DNA of 64,000 nucleotides from Dehalococcoidia bacterium (GTDB lineage Bacteria > Chloroflexota > Dehalococcoidia > Bin125), in the NCBI GenBank assembly GCA_963662615.2, contig CAXXSR010000002.1, positions 384,001-448,000 on the forward strand, in the 5' to 3' direction. Below, in pieces: positions 52,856 through 61,739 of this stretch. The notes under the pieces were generated by a model. The model ran no database searches and had not been told where the DNA came from. It was given only the letters and a program-made list of their open reading frames with translations. Numbering within the stretch: the first letter of the stretch is position 1; every line of letters starts with the position of its first letter. The translations under genes and the position numbers were made by a program.

Positions 52856-54046
52856 TTAGGCGGGCGGCGCTTCCTGCGCGGTCAGGAGCAGGGCGGCGTT
52901 TTGCCCCATGGTTCCGTAGGCGCAGACCGCAGCGGTGTAGAGGCGGTCGCGCTGCGCCTCTTGCACCACGTTGAGGCCGCATTCGGGATCGGGGTCGTGG
53001 TAGGTGGCGTGGGGTGGGGTCATCCCTTCAGCGAGCGCGAAGGCGGCGGCCGCGGCGGAGAGGGCGCCGGAGGCGCCGGCGGCGTAGCCCAGCGCCGGGC
53101 TGACGGCGGTCACGGGGGTGTTGAGGATGCCTTGACCGAACGCGCGTTCCAGGACATCGGTCTCCCGTTCATCGCCGCGCCTGGTGCCGCCGCCGGCGGC
53201 GAAGAGGAGATCCACTTCCTGGGGACTGCGATTCGCCTCCCGCAGGGCGTGGCCGAGCGCCCGCCGGGCGATATCAACATCGGTGGGAGGTGCGCCGTCC
53301 CCGGGCGGTCCTGACGTCGCCGCCGCGCCGGCCAGCTCCGCGTAGATGCGCGCGCCGCGCTGCTCCGCCAGTTCGCGCTCTTCCAGGAGGAGCATGGCTG
53401 CCCCTTCCCCCAGGACCATGCCGTCGCGGAGCAGGTCGAAGGGGCGCTGCGCGTCGGCGCCGGCCTGCCTGGAGAGGAGGCCGGCCGCCTCATAGGCGCC
53501 CCAGACATCCGGGCGCAGAGGCGCCTCGGCGCCGCCGGCGACGGCCACGCTGATCACCTCAGCGCGGATCAAGGCCGCGGCCTGGCTGATGGCGACGAGG
53601 CCAGAGGCGCCGTCGGCGGCGACCGCGTAGGAGGGGCCGGCGATGTTCAGACCCACCGTGGCGCCGGCGAGCCCGCTGCTGAGCAGAGGCCAGCCGGGTT
53701 CGCCCGGCGCGGCCGCGCCGTGGGCCGTTCCCACGATCGCGCCCACCTGGAAGGCGTTGTCCGCGTCGAAGCGAATGCGGGAGTCAGCGATGGCCTGGAT
53801 GGCAGCGTCGAGGGCCAGTTGGGCCGCTCGACCCAGGCGCGCGGTGAAACTGCTAGGGACTCCGGCCGGGCCGCCATAGTCGAGGATCTGCCCCGCGACA
53901 GCCGGCCGGCCCGGCTCAAAGCGGTCGAGCGCGGTGAGGCAGACGCGGCGATCTAGGAGGGCGCGCCAGAGGTCGGGGGCGGTGGGGCCAGCCGCGCTGA
54001 TGGCGCCCACGCCCGTCACCACAACTCGCCTGGATCCCTGCGGCAT
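52856..54046 (-). CDS. Beta-ketoacyl synthase-like protein lacking the catalytic triad (chain-length-factor-like)
   Basis: RRVVVTGVG, RPFD..RDG.VLGEGA, ARIYAE; Cys site reads ADGASG and both His sites are replaced. Confidence 0.8.
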   Translation of the reverse strand: MPQGSRRVVVTGVGAISAAGPTAPDLWRALLDRRVCLTALDRFEPGRPAVAGQILDYGGPAGVPSSFTARLGRAAQLALDAAIQAIADSRIRFDADNAFQVGAIVGTAHGAAAPGEPGWPLLSSGLAGATVGLNIAGPSYAVAADGASGLVAISQAAALIRAEVISVAVAGGAEAPLRPDVWGAYEAAGLLSRQAGADAQRPFDLLRDGMVLGEGAAMLLLEERELAEQRGARIYAELAGAAATSGPPGDGAPPTDVDIARRALGHALREANRSPQEVDLLFAAGGGTRRGDERETDVLERAFGQGILNTPVTAVSPALGYAAGASGALSAAAAAFALAEGMTPPHATYHDPDPECGLNVVQEAQRDRLYTAAVCAYGTMGQNAALLLTAQEAPPA

Positions 54047-54161
54047 GGGGCTATCTTCCCGGCCGGCGGCAGCCGTGCCAAGGCGGGCGGTAGTGTCCTA
54101 GTTTGAGCCCGAGCCCGCCCGCCGAGACGTAATCCGGCCCTGAATGAAAAGTGCCAGACAG

Positions 54162-54983
54162 TCAGGCTGCCAGGCCCACCAAATCCGCCATCGTCCACTG
54201 CCGCGTTGTCACCCCCGCCGCGATCGCAGGCGTCGTCCGCAGCGTGCGATGGGGGCGGACGAAGTTGTACCACGCGAAGTGCAAGGCGACCGCCGCCTCC
54301 AAGTTCTCCCGCTTCTTGCTGAACGCATTGGTCAATCGGGTGAATCTGCGCTGCTGCATCCGCAGGGTGAGGTGGCTCCGCTCCACCAGCGACGTGGAGG
54401 TCCGGGCGAGATCGGAGTCGCCCACAATGATGTGCTTGTCCGCCGCCACCACGCGCCGGGGCGGGCTGTACCGCCCGCTACTTTGCTCCGACTCGTAGGA
54501 CTTTACGATGGTGGCGAAGTCCACCTGCCCGCCAAAGCTGGCTTCCACGGCGGTGACGTAGTGCGAGAGACCGTCCGCGCTCAACTGGATTCGGTTCGCC
54601 AGTCGCCAGGACAGATCGCGCATGAACCAATCCGCATCCCTGCGCGTGCGCTTGCCGACGTGGAAGGTCGGCACGATATTTGTCTCTGGGTCGAGCGCGA
54701 CCCAACACCAAGAATCGCCGGTTTCGAGGGGATCATCGTCGGGGCGGACCTGCGCCTCCTTCTTGCCGACATAGGTCCAAATCTCATCGACCTCGATGTG
54801 CTCACATTTCAAGTCACGCATGAGCACGTCCATGACCTCGCGGGAGGTCCGGCCTGCGCGCAGCATGAGCCGCGTGATCGTGTCCCGGTGGACGCCCGTC
54901 ATGCGCTCCACGGACCGGATCGACGTGCCCTCCACGAGCGCGCAGAGCACTGATTCTTGCTTTTCGGCCTTGAGTCGGTTCAT
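54162..54983 (-). CDS. IS1-family DDE transposase (HTH + DDE, no Zn finger)
   Basis: EG.SIRSVERMTGV HTH; EVDEIW, ADG..HY, VERSHLTLR..RRFTR.TNAFSKK. Confidence 0.92.
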   Translation of the reverse strand: MNRLKAEKQESVLCALVEGTSIRSVERMTGVHRDTITRLMLRAGRTSREVMDVLMRDLKCEHIEVDEIWTYVGKKEAQVRPDDDPLETGDSWCWVALDPETNIVPTFHVGKRTRRDADWFMRDLSWRLANRIQLSADGLSHYVTAVEASFGGQVDFATIVKSYESEQSSGRYSPPRRVVAADKHIIVGDSDLARTSTSLVERSHLTLRMQQRRFTRLTNAFSKKRENLEAAVALHFAWYNFVRPHRTLRTTPAIAAGVTTRQWTMADLVGLAA

Positions 54984-55003
54984 CAGCCGCCTGCTATCTT
55001 GAG

Positions 55004-55073
55004 TGGAGCGCCGGGGGATCGGACCCCGTGAAGCATGGATGTAAGGCCCAGCCCAGAGACCAACTCGCGCCCC
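55004..55073 (-). ncRNA. tRNA-like / tmRNA-TLD-like structure
   Basis: 7-bp acceptor stem GGGGCGC/GCGCTCC plus discriminator A; perfect 5-bp T-stem CGGGG/CCCCG with 7-nt loop TCCGATC; no D-stem; no encoded CCA. Confidence 0.6.
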
Positions 55074-55078
55074 ATGCA

Positions 55079-55112
55079 GAACGGCGACGCGCGGAGGGGC
55101 GCGTCGCCGTTC
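55079..55112. terminator. Perfect 14-bp hairpin right after the fic stop codon
   Basis: GAACGGCGACGCGC-GGAGGG-GCGCGTCGCCGTTC; no clear U-tract. Confidence 0.6.
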
Positions 55113-55115
55113 GTT

Positions 55116-56225
55116 CTACGTCGTTGCGGAAAGCTCTTTTTCCTCAAGTCCCGCTCCGATGACCTTCCGGAACTCGTCATCGATCGTGTACCTCGTATTC
55201 TTGCCCCGGCCTTTCCGCATCACGATGCCAGCCTCCACCATGTCTTTCAGATCGGAGAAGGCGACTGATTGCGATGCATTAGTCAGTCGGGCATAGGCGG
55301 ATGTCGAGAGCGGGCTCAGGTCAAGCATGAACATAGTTCCGAGCGCTTGTCGCGCGTTGAACGTGCCCTCCAAGTGCTCCACGAACGAGTCCTTCTCCCT
55401 GTTGAATCTGACGACTGCCCTCTCCAGCTGCGCCGATGCCATGCTCAGCATCGTTTGATGAAACTCAACGAATGGCGACGTATCCACCGCCTCGCTGAAA
55501 TTCTCACCCTGGGTATCTCTGAGCGTGTCGTAATACTTCTGCCGTTGATCCCAGATGCTCTGACTCACCGATAACAACCCATCCGCTGACCAGTCGGTGA
55601 GGGTCAAGATCGTGTCGGCCAGCAGACGAGCGGTCCGACCGTTGCCGTCCTCGAATGGGTGGATTGAAATCAGTCCAAAGTGTGCCATTGCTGCGACGAT
55701 GGGCGACGGATAGGTGCCTTCAGCCATCCACTGCTGGATGTCCGCCACAAACGCTTCCATCAGTTCGGGCACGAATGCGGGCGGGGGGGGCCGGTATCGT
55801 ATGTCGCGTGTCTGTGAATCAACGATCAGCGCCGGTCCGACGCGGTATCGCCCACGCCGCTGCGCCTGCTGGCCAGGAAGACCCTTGAGGATCAGCGAGT
55901 TCATCGTGCGGATCAGTCCTTGGTCGATCTTCACGGACTGATCGCCCACTAGCTGATCGACGAGTTCGTACGCCGCTTGCAGGTTCGTAATCTCTATCTC
56001 TTCCGGCTCCGACTCGTCCGCCCCCTCGACCAACACCAGCAGCGCTTGCTGTTCGCCAATCTGGTTCCCCTCAATGGCCGTGGAGGTATGGGCATTGATG
56101 TACCGCGCCTTCTGGCGGAAGTACGCCTCAAAGCCGGGTGGAACGAGCGTCCGGATGACGTACAATCGGTCGCGGAGGAAATCGACGTCCTGGCACTCGT
56201 CGTTGCAGGTCATTGTGAGTTTCAT
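55116..56225 (-). CDS. Fic-family protein with N-terminal inhibitory motif and C-terminal winged helix
   Basis: HPFEDGNGRTAR, STAIEGN, C-terminal DL..MV..G....G.G..TRY; start could be 56255. Confidence 0.92.
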   Translation of the reverse strand: MKLTMTCNDECQDVDFLRDRLYVIRTLVPPGFEAYFRQKARYINAHTSTAIEGNQIGEQQALLVLVEGADESEPEEIEITNLQAAYELVDQLVGDQSVKIDQGLIRTMNSLILKGLPGQQAQRRGRYRVGPALIVDSQTRDIRYRPPPPAFVPELMEAFVADIQQWMAEGTYPSPIVAAMAHFGLISIHPFEDGNGRTARLLADTILTLTDWSADGLLSVSQSIWDQRQKYYDTLRDTQGENFSEAVDTSPFVEFHQTMLSMASAQLERAVVRFNREKDSFVEHLEGTFNARQALGTMFMLDLSPLSTSAYARLTNASQSVAFSDLKDMVEAGIVMRKGRGKNTRYTIDDEFRKVIGAGLEEKELSATT

Positions 56226-56342
56226 CGCCGTGCTCCCGTCTGAATATTCTCTCACGCAACCAGCATATACGTATATTCGTTCCCGTCAATGGTAAATGGA
56301 GGTTCTTAGCCGGAATATGCTGGTAATCGCCGGGCAGGCGGG

Positions 56343-56645
56343 ATGACTGAGACGAACACCGACGCCCTGCACCGCGCCATCCGCGACCTCCACGGCTGCG
56401 AGAGCCGCTGGGTAGAGGCCGTGCCAGTCACCGAGACGTTTGAGGGACAGACCGTCTGGGAAGGCGCTGTCCAGGTCTTTGACCTGATCGACCACCCCAC
56501 GGCCAAGCGCGCCTACGCCTGGTCCCATCCCACAGACGACGAATCGGGGCCGCGGCGCTACGTCGCCGTGCTCCATGAGGGGCCGGTGAACTCACCGCGC
56601 AAGGCGGTCCAAGCGGCGATTGTCCAAGAGCAGCGGGGGGGATAG
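56343..56645 (+). CDS. Small hypothetical protein at the right end of the IS
   Basis: 100-aa ORF with globular-protein composition (LHGC, VWEG.V.VF, AYAW, SP..AV.AAI), ending just inside the TIR. Confidence 0.8.
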   Translation: MTETNTDALHRAIRDLHGCESRWVEAVPVTETFEGQTVWEGAVQVFDLIDHPTAKRAYAWSHPTDDESGPRRYVAVLHEGPVNSPRKAVQAAIVQEQRGG

Positions 56646-56703
56646 CGATGGATTGCCCAAATTGCGCTGCCAAATTAGGACACTACCAAGGCGGGCGTCC
56701 TGA

Positions 56704-56733
56704 TTGACCGGGGAACGGCGAAACTGGTACGCT
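56704..56733 (+). promoter_or_regulatory. Sigma70-type promoter of the hrcA operon
   Basis: TTGACC (56704) - 18 bp - TACGCT (56728), preceded by a TGn extension. Confidence 0.6.
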
Positions 56734-56740
56734 TTTGGCG

Positions 56741-56767
56741 TTGGCACTCTCATGTCGAGAGTGCCAA
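56741..56767. promoter_or_regulatory. CIRCE element (HrcA operator)
   Basis: TTGGCACTC-N9-GAGTGCCAA perfect inverted repeat upstream of hrcA. Confidence 0.95.
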
Positions 56768-56810
56768 TCGCTCTCCGAGCCGGAGTGGCGGTCGGCGGCA
56801 AGGACGCACG

Positions 56811-57830
56811 GTGACTGTCACAGATCGACGTGCGGGGATCTTGGGGCTCGTCGTCCGCGAGTACGTCGAGACGGCGGCGCCGGTCGGCTCCCGGACGATC
56901 CACGAGAAATACAGGGTGCCGGCGTCGCCGGCCACCATCCGCCACGAGATGCAGGCGCTGGAAGAAGAGGGGCTGCTGCGGCAGCCGCATACGTCGGCGG
57001 GGCGCGTGCCTTCAGATGAGGGCTACCGCTTCTTCGTCAGCTCGCTGATGGGGCAGGTGGAGCTGGACCAGACGGAGAAGGCCACGATTCGCCATCAGTT
57101 CTTTCAGGCGCCGCCGGAGCTGGATGAGTGGGTGGACCTGGCGGCGGTGCTCCTGTCGCGGTCGCTCGGGCTTCTGGCCATCGTGGCGCCGCCTCGCGCG
57201 GCGCGGCTGCAAGTGCGGCACCTGGAGCTTATTGCCCTGAACGACCTGCTGGCCCTCTTGGTCGTGGTCATGCGGGAGGCGCGTGTGCTCAAGCAGCTCG
57301 TCGCGCTGGAGTCCGCCTTGGACCAGCCGGAGTTGAGTTCGCTGGCGCAGCGGCTCAACGAACGTGTCAGCGGGATGTCGGCGTCGGACCTGCGGGGCAC
57401 GGCCGACCCGGACGATCCCACGGAATCCGCCGTCCTGCAGACGCTGCGGCGCCTGCTGGAGGAGGAGTCGGCGCGGGAGGTGGAGGCGCGGATTGAGGGC
57501 TGGACCGGCGTCCTGGCGCAGCCGGAGTTTCAGGCGGACTACACGCGCGTGCTCGACATTGTGTCGGTGGTGGACCGCCCCGGCGTGGAGCGGCTGGTGA
57601 CCGCGGGTGCGCGCGACGTGGGCGGCGTCAGTGTCCTGATTGGCGATGAGAATCAAGCGACGGAGCTGCGCGACTGCTCGGTGGTGGTGGCGCCGTACGG
57701 CGATGGGTCTGGGGTGTCCGGCTTCGTGGGCGTGATTGGCCCCACGCGCATGCGCTATGCGCAGGGGGTGGCGTCGGTCCGGTACCTGAGCGGCCTGCTG
57801 CAAGAGATGATGGAGCGCGTCTACGGCTAA
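56811..57830 (+). CDS. hrcA: Heat-inducible transcription repressor HrcA
   Basis: PVGS, SPATIR, PHTSAGRVP, IGPTRM.Y. Confidence 0.97.
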   Translation: MTVTDRRAGILGLVVREYVETAAPVGSRTIHEKYRVPASPATIRHEMQALEEEGLLRQPHTSAGRVPSDEGYRFFVSSLMGQVELDQTEKATIRHQFFQAPPELDEWVDLAAVLLSRSLGLLAIVAPPRAARLQVRHLELIALNDLLALLVVVMREARVLKQLVALESALDQPELSSLAQRLNERVSGMSASDLRGTADPDDPTESAVLQTLRRLLEEESAREVEARIEGWTGVLAQPEFQADYTRVLDIVSVVDRPGVERLVTAGARDVGGVSVLIGDENQATELRDCSVVVAPYGDGSGVSGFVGVIGPTRMRYAQGVASVRYLSGLLQEMMERVYG

Positions 57831-57922
57831 AGGGGGCCGGCGTCGCGGGGCGCCGTGGCTTCGGAGCAGCGGGGCCAGCGGCTCGCTTGCCGGCGCGGCT
57901 GGATTTTCGGGTGAGGAGCCGG

Positions 57923-58609
57923 ATGGACGGAGCGGAGCAGCCGAGCAACGGCGACGACGCCGTGGAGGCGGAGACGACGGGCGATCGCGGGGCGCAGGGG
58001 GATGCGATGGGGGAGGGCTCAAGCGAAGTGGGTGAGCCGGTGGCGGTGAGCGCCGCCGCTCTGGCCGCCGAGATCGCGGAGCTGAAGGCGGAGGTCGCCT
58101 CGCTGAGGGAGCAAGCGGAGAAGCGACTCGTGGCCTGGCAGCGGGCCCAGGCGGACTATCAAAACCTGAAAAGGCGCAGCCGGCAGGAGGTGGGGGAGCG
58201 AGCGACGTACGCCGTCAGCGGCCTTGTCCTGGAGTTACTGCCGGTGGTGGACGACCTCGATCGCGCCTTTGCCGCCGACGACAGCGCGGACGTGCCGCAA
58301 GATTCCGAGGCCTGGGTGGAGGGGATCCGGCTGATCCAGCGGAAGCTGTACGCGCTGCTGGAGCGGGCGGGCGTGCAGCCCATCGCCGCGGTGGGCCAGC
58401 CCTTCGACCCGAACTTTCACGAGGCGGTGGGGCGCGCCCCCGGTCCGGCGAACCAGATCCTCACCCAAGCGCAGAAGGGCTACCTGCTAGGCCAGCGGGT
58501 GCTGCGGCCGTCGCTAGTGATCGTGGGGGAGGGCGCGGACGAAGGGGGAGACGCAGACGCCGGCGCAGCCGAGGGTGAGCAAGCGGGTTCCCCAGCTGAC
58601 GAGGCGTGA
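57923..58609 (+). CDS. grpE: Nucleotide exchange factor GrpE
   Basis: ADYQNLKRR, LLPVVDDLDRA, FDPNFHEA, GY....VLRP. Confidence 0.96.
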   Translation: MDGAEQPSNGDDAVEAETTGDRGAQGDAMGEGSSEVGEPVAVSAAALAAEIAELKAEVASLREQAEKRLVAWQRAQADYQNLKRRSRQEVGERATYAVSGLVLELLPVVDDLDRAFAADDSADVPQDSEAWVEGIRLIQRKLYALLERAGVQPIAAVGQPFDPNFHEAVGRAPGPANQILTQAQKGYLLGQRVLRPSLVIVGEGADEGGDADAGAAEGEQAGSPADEA

Positions 58610-58624
58610 TGGGAGTAGGCGATC

Positions 58625-60553
58625 ATGGCCAAAGTCATTGGCATTGACCTAGGCACCACCAATTCGGTGGTGGCGGTGATGGAGGCGGGCGAGCCGATCG
58701 TCATCCCGAACCAAGAGGGCAACCGCACGACGCCGTCCACGGTCGCCATCTCGCGGGACGGGGAGCGGGTCGTGGGAACCGTCGCCAAGCGACAGGGGAT
58801 CACGAATCCGGACAACACCGTCTTCAGTGTCAAGCGGCTGATGGGGCGCCGGTTCGACGACCCGGTGGTGCAGGCGTCGCTGGGCACGTTGGTCTACGAG
58901 GTGATCAAGGCCGACAACGGCGACGCCTGGGTGAAGATGGGCGGCAAGGCCTACAGCCCGCCGGAGATCTCCGCCATGATCCTGCAGCGGCTCAAGGAGG
59001 ACGCCGAAGCGTACCTGGGCGAGAAGGTGACGGAAGCGGTGATCACGGTTCCCGCCTACTTCAACGACAGCCAGCGCAACGCCACCAAGGACGCCGGCAA
59101 GATCGCCGGGCTGGAGGTGCTGCGTATCATCAACGAGCCCACGGCGGCGGCGCTGGCCTACGGTCTGGACAAGAAGGACGAAGAGTACATCGCCGTCTAC
59201 GACCTCGGCGGCGGCACCTTCGACGTTTCCATCCTTGAGATCGGTGAGGGCACGTTCCAGGTCAAATCCACCAATGGCAACACCTATCTGGGCGGCGACG
59301 ACTTCGACCAGCGGGTGATCGACTTCCTGGTGGCCGAGTTCAAGAAGCAGCAGGGGATCGACCTGAAAGACGACCGGATGGCCCTGCAGCGGCTGAAGGA
59401 GGCCGCGGAACGGGCCAAGGCCGAACTCTCCAGCACACAGTCCACCGACGTGAATCTGCCCTACATCACGGCGGACGCGAGCGGCCCCAAACATTTCAAC
59501 TACGCGCTGACGCGGGCCAAGCTGGAGCAGCTCAGTGAGGAGCTGGTGGAGGCCACCATTGGCCCCTGCCGCAAAGCACTGGAGGACTCCGGCGTCAGCC
59601 GCGACCAGATCGACGAAGTGGTGCTGGTGGGCGGACAGACGCGCATGCCGCTGGTGCAGCGCACCGTGCAGGAGTTTTTTGGCAAGGAGCCGAACCGCTC
59701 GGTAAACCCGGATGAGGTGGTGGCCATTGGCGCCGCCGTTCAGGCGGGCGTGCTCAAAGGGGAGGTCAAGGACGTTCTGCTGTTGGACGTGACACCGCTG
59801 ACCCTGGGCATTGAGACCCTGGGCGGGGTGCGCACGTCCCTGATCGATCGCAACACGACGATTCCCACCAGCAAAAGCCAGGTCTTCTCCACCGCCAGCG
59901 ACAACCAGCCGCAGGTGGAGCTGCATGTGCTGCAGGGTGAGCGCGAGATGGCGGCGGACAACAAGTCGTTGGGCAAGTTCGTGCTGGACGGGATCCTGCC
60001 GGCAGCGCGCGGACTGCCGCAGATTGAGGTGACGTTCGACATTGACGCGAACGGGATCCTCAACGTGGCGGCGGTGGACAAGGGCACCGGCAAGGAGCAG
60101 AAGATCACCATTCAGGCGGCCTCGGGCCTCAAGGAGGAAGAGGTCGAGCAGATGCGCCGCGACGCCGAGCTGCACGCGGAGGAGGATCACAAACGGCGGG
60201 AGGGGGTGGAACTACAGAACCTGGCCGACTCCACCGCCTATCGGGCCGAGAAGCTTCTCCAGGAGCAGGAAGACAAGATCGACGCCGAGCTCAAGGTGGA
60301 GGTGGAGGGGAAGATCCAAGCCGTCCGGGAGGCCGTGGGCGCGGACGAGCGGGATGTGGAACGGATTCGCTCCGCGCTGGACGAGCTCAACGGCTCCCTG
60401 ATGAAAGTGGGCGAGAAGGTCTACGGCGCCGAACAGGCAGCGGCCGCCGCCGCCGCGGCGCCGCCGGACGGAGCGGACGGCAGCGATGGCGGCCCGCCAG
60501 GCGAGGAAGCCGAGGAAGCAGGTACGGTGGAAGGTGAGTTCCGGGAAGTCTAG
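58625..60553 (+). CDS. dnaK: Chaperone DnaK
   Basis: [24 protein letters not shown]. Confidence 0.99.
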   Translation: MAKVIGIDLGTTNSVVAVMEAGEPIVIPNQEGNRTTPSTVAISRDGERVVGTVAKRQGITNPDNTVFSVKRLMGRRFDDPVVQASLGTLVYEVIKADNGDAWVKMGGKAYSPPEISAMILQRLKEDAEAYLGEKVTEAVITVPAYFNDSQRNATKDAGKIAGLEVLRIINEPTAAALAYGLDKKDEEYIAVYDLGGGTFDVSILEIGEGTFQVKSTNGNTYLGGDDFDQRVIDFLVAEFKKQQGIDLKDDRMALQRLKEAAERAKAELSSTQSTDVNLPYITADASGPKHFNYALTRAKLEQLSEELVEATIGPCRKALEDSGVSRDQIDEVVLVGGQTRMPLVQRTVQEFFGKEPNRSVNPDEVVAIGAAVQAGVLKGEVKDVLLLDVTPLTLGIETLGGVRTSLIDRNTTIPTSKSQVFSTASDNQPQVELHVLQGEREMAADNKSLGKFVLDGILPAARGLPQIEVTFDIDANGILNVAAVDKGTGKEQKITIQAASGLKEEEVEQMRRDAELHAEEDHKRREGVELQNLADSTAYRAEKLLQEQEDKIDAELKVEVEGKIQAVREAVGADERDVERIRSALDELNGSLMKVGEKVYGAEQAAAAAAAAPPDGADGSDGGPPGEEAEEAGTVEGEFREV

Positions 60554-60620
60554 GGCCGCGGCGGGACGGCGGCCAACGGGGAGCACGCTGGGGCTCTGAC
60601 CGGCGCGACGCGAGGGGAAG

Positions 60621-61739
60621 ATGGCGCCCGCGAGTGAGCGCGACTACTACGAGACGCTTCGCGTCGATCGCTCGGCATCGATCGAAGAGATCAAGAGCGC
60701 CTTCCGCAAGCAGGCCATGCAGTTCCATCCGGACCGCAATCCGGAAGCGGACGCGGCCGAGCGTTTCAAGGAGATCGGCCGGGCCTACGAAGTGCTCTCC
60801 GACCCGGAGAGGCGGGCTCGCTATGACCAGTTCGGGCGCGACGCCGAGATGGCCGGCGCCGCGGGCTTCGAGGGCTTCGACTTCGGCGGGTTCGGCGACA
60901 TCTTCGATGCGTTTTTTGGCGGACGGCGATCGCGACGGGGTCCCACACGGGGCGCGGACCTTCGCCTCACCCTGGAGCTGAGCTTTGCGGAGGCGATCTT
61001 CGGCAAGGAGAAGGAGATCCGGGTCAGCCGCTTGGAACGGTGCAGTGTCTGCGCCGGCGCCGGCGCCGAGCCGGGCACGCAGCGCACCACCTGCAGCCAA
61101 TGCGGCGGCAGCGGTGAGATTCGCCGCGTGCAGCGCAGCGTCTTTGGCCAGTTCGTTAATGTCTCGGTCTGCGACCGCTGCCTAGGCGAGGGTGCTGTGA
61201 TCAGTCAGGCCTGCAAGAATTGCGGCGGTGTGGGCCGTGAGCAGCGCAACCGGCGCCTGACGGTGAAGGTGCCCGCCGGCGTCGATGACCGCTCGCAGAT
61301 GCGGCTGAGCGGCGAAGGGGATGCCGGGATCGGGGGCGGGCCCGCCGGCAACCTCTACGTGCAGCTGCAGGTCAAGCCGCACCGCCACTTTGAGCGCGAG
61401 GGGGAGGACCTCGTCTTGGAGCTGCCCTTGACGGTGGCGCAGGCGGCGCTGGGCACGCACGTGGAGGTGCCCACGCTTGACGGGGAGCCCGAGTCGCTGG
61501 AGGTCCCGCCCGGGTCGCAGCACGGCGCCGTCTTCCGCATCCGCCGGAGGGGGGTGCCGCACCTGCGCGGCCGGGGCCGCGGCGACCTGCTCGTGCGGGC
61601 CGCCGTGCGGGTGCCGTCCAAGCTGACGGATGAGCAGCGGGCGCTCTTTGAGCAGCTGGACGAGGCCTTGGGCGATGCGGGAAGCGAGGACGGGCGCGGA
61701 GGGATCTTTTCACGGTTGAAAGATGCGTTCTCGGCCTAG
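60621..61739 (+). CDS. dnaJ: Chaperone DnaJ
   Basis: HPD J-domain, G/F region, four CxxCxGxG repeats. Confidence 0.98.
   Translation: MAPASERDYYETLRVDRSASIEEIKSAFRKQAMQFHPDRNPEADAAERFKEIGRAYEVLSDPERRARYDQFGRDAEMAGAAGFEGFDFGGFGDIFDAFFGGRRSRRGPTRGADLRLTLELSFAEAIFGKEKEIRVSRLERCSVCAGAGAEPGTQRTTCSQCGGSGEIRRVQRSVFGQFVNVSVCDRCLGEGAVISQACKNCGGVGREQRNRRLTVKVPAGVDDRSQMRLSGEGDAGIGGGPAGNLYVQLQVKPHRHFEREGEDLVLELPLTVAQAALGTHVEVPTLDGEPESLEVPPGSQHGAVFRIRRRGVPHLRGRGRGDLLVRAAVRVPSKLTDEQRALFEQLDEALGDAGSEDGRGGIFSRLKDAFSA

Larger units (their letters stand above)
54089..56687. mobile_element. IS1-family (ISMhu11-like) element with passenger genes, 2599 bp
   Basis: TIRs GGTAGTGTCCTA(G/A)TTTG at 54089-54105 and 56671-56687 (16/17 identical); 9-bp target duplication AAGGCGGGC at 54080-54088 and 56688-56696. 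Confidence 0.93.

Noticed and set aside
55004-55073. Canonical tRNA-Val(TAC) or tRNA-Ala gene
   Set aside because: No D-stem, irregular anticodon arm, C at position 55 and no CCA; kept only as a tRNA-like element.
58649-60190. 513-aa ORF antisense to dnaK
   Set aside because: Well-known antisense open frame of hsp70 genes; no independent evidence of coding.
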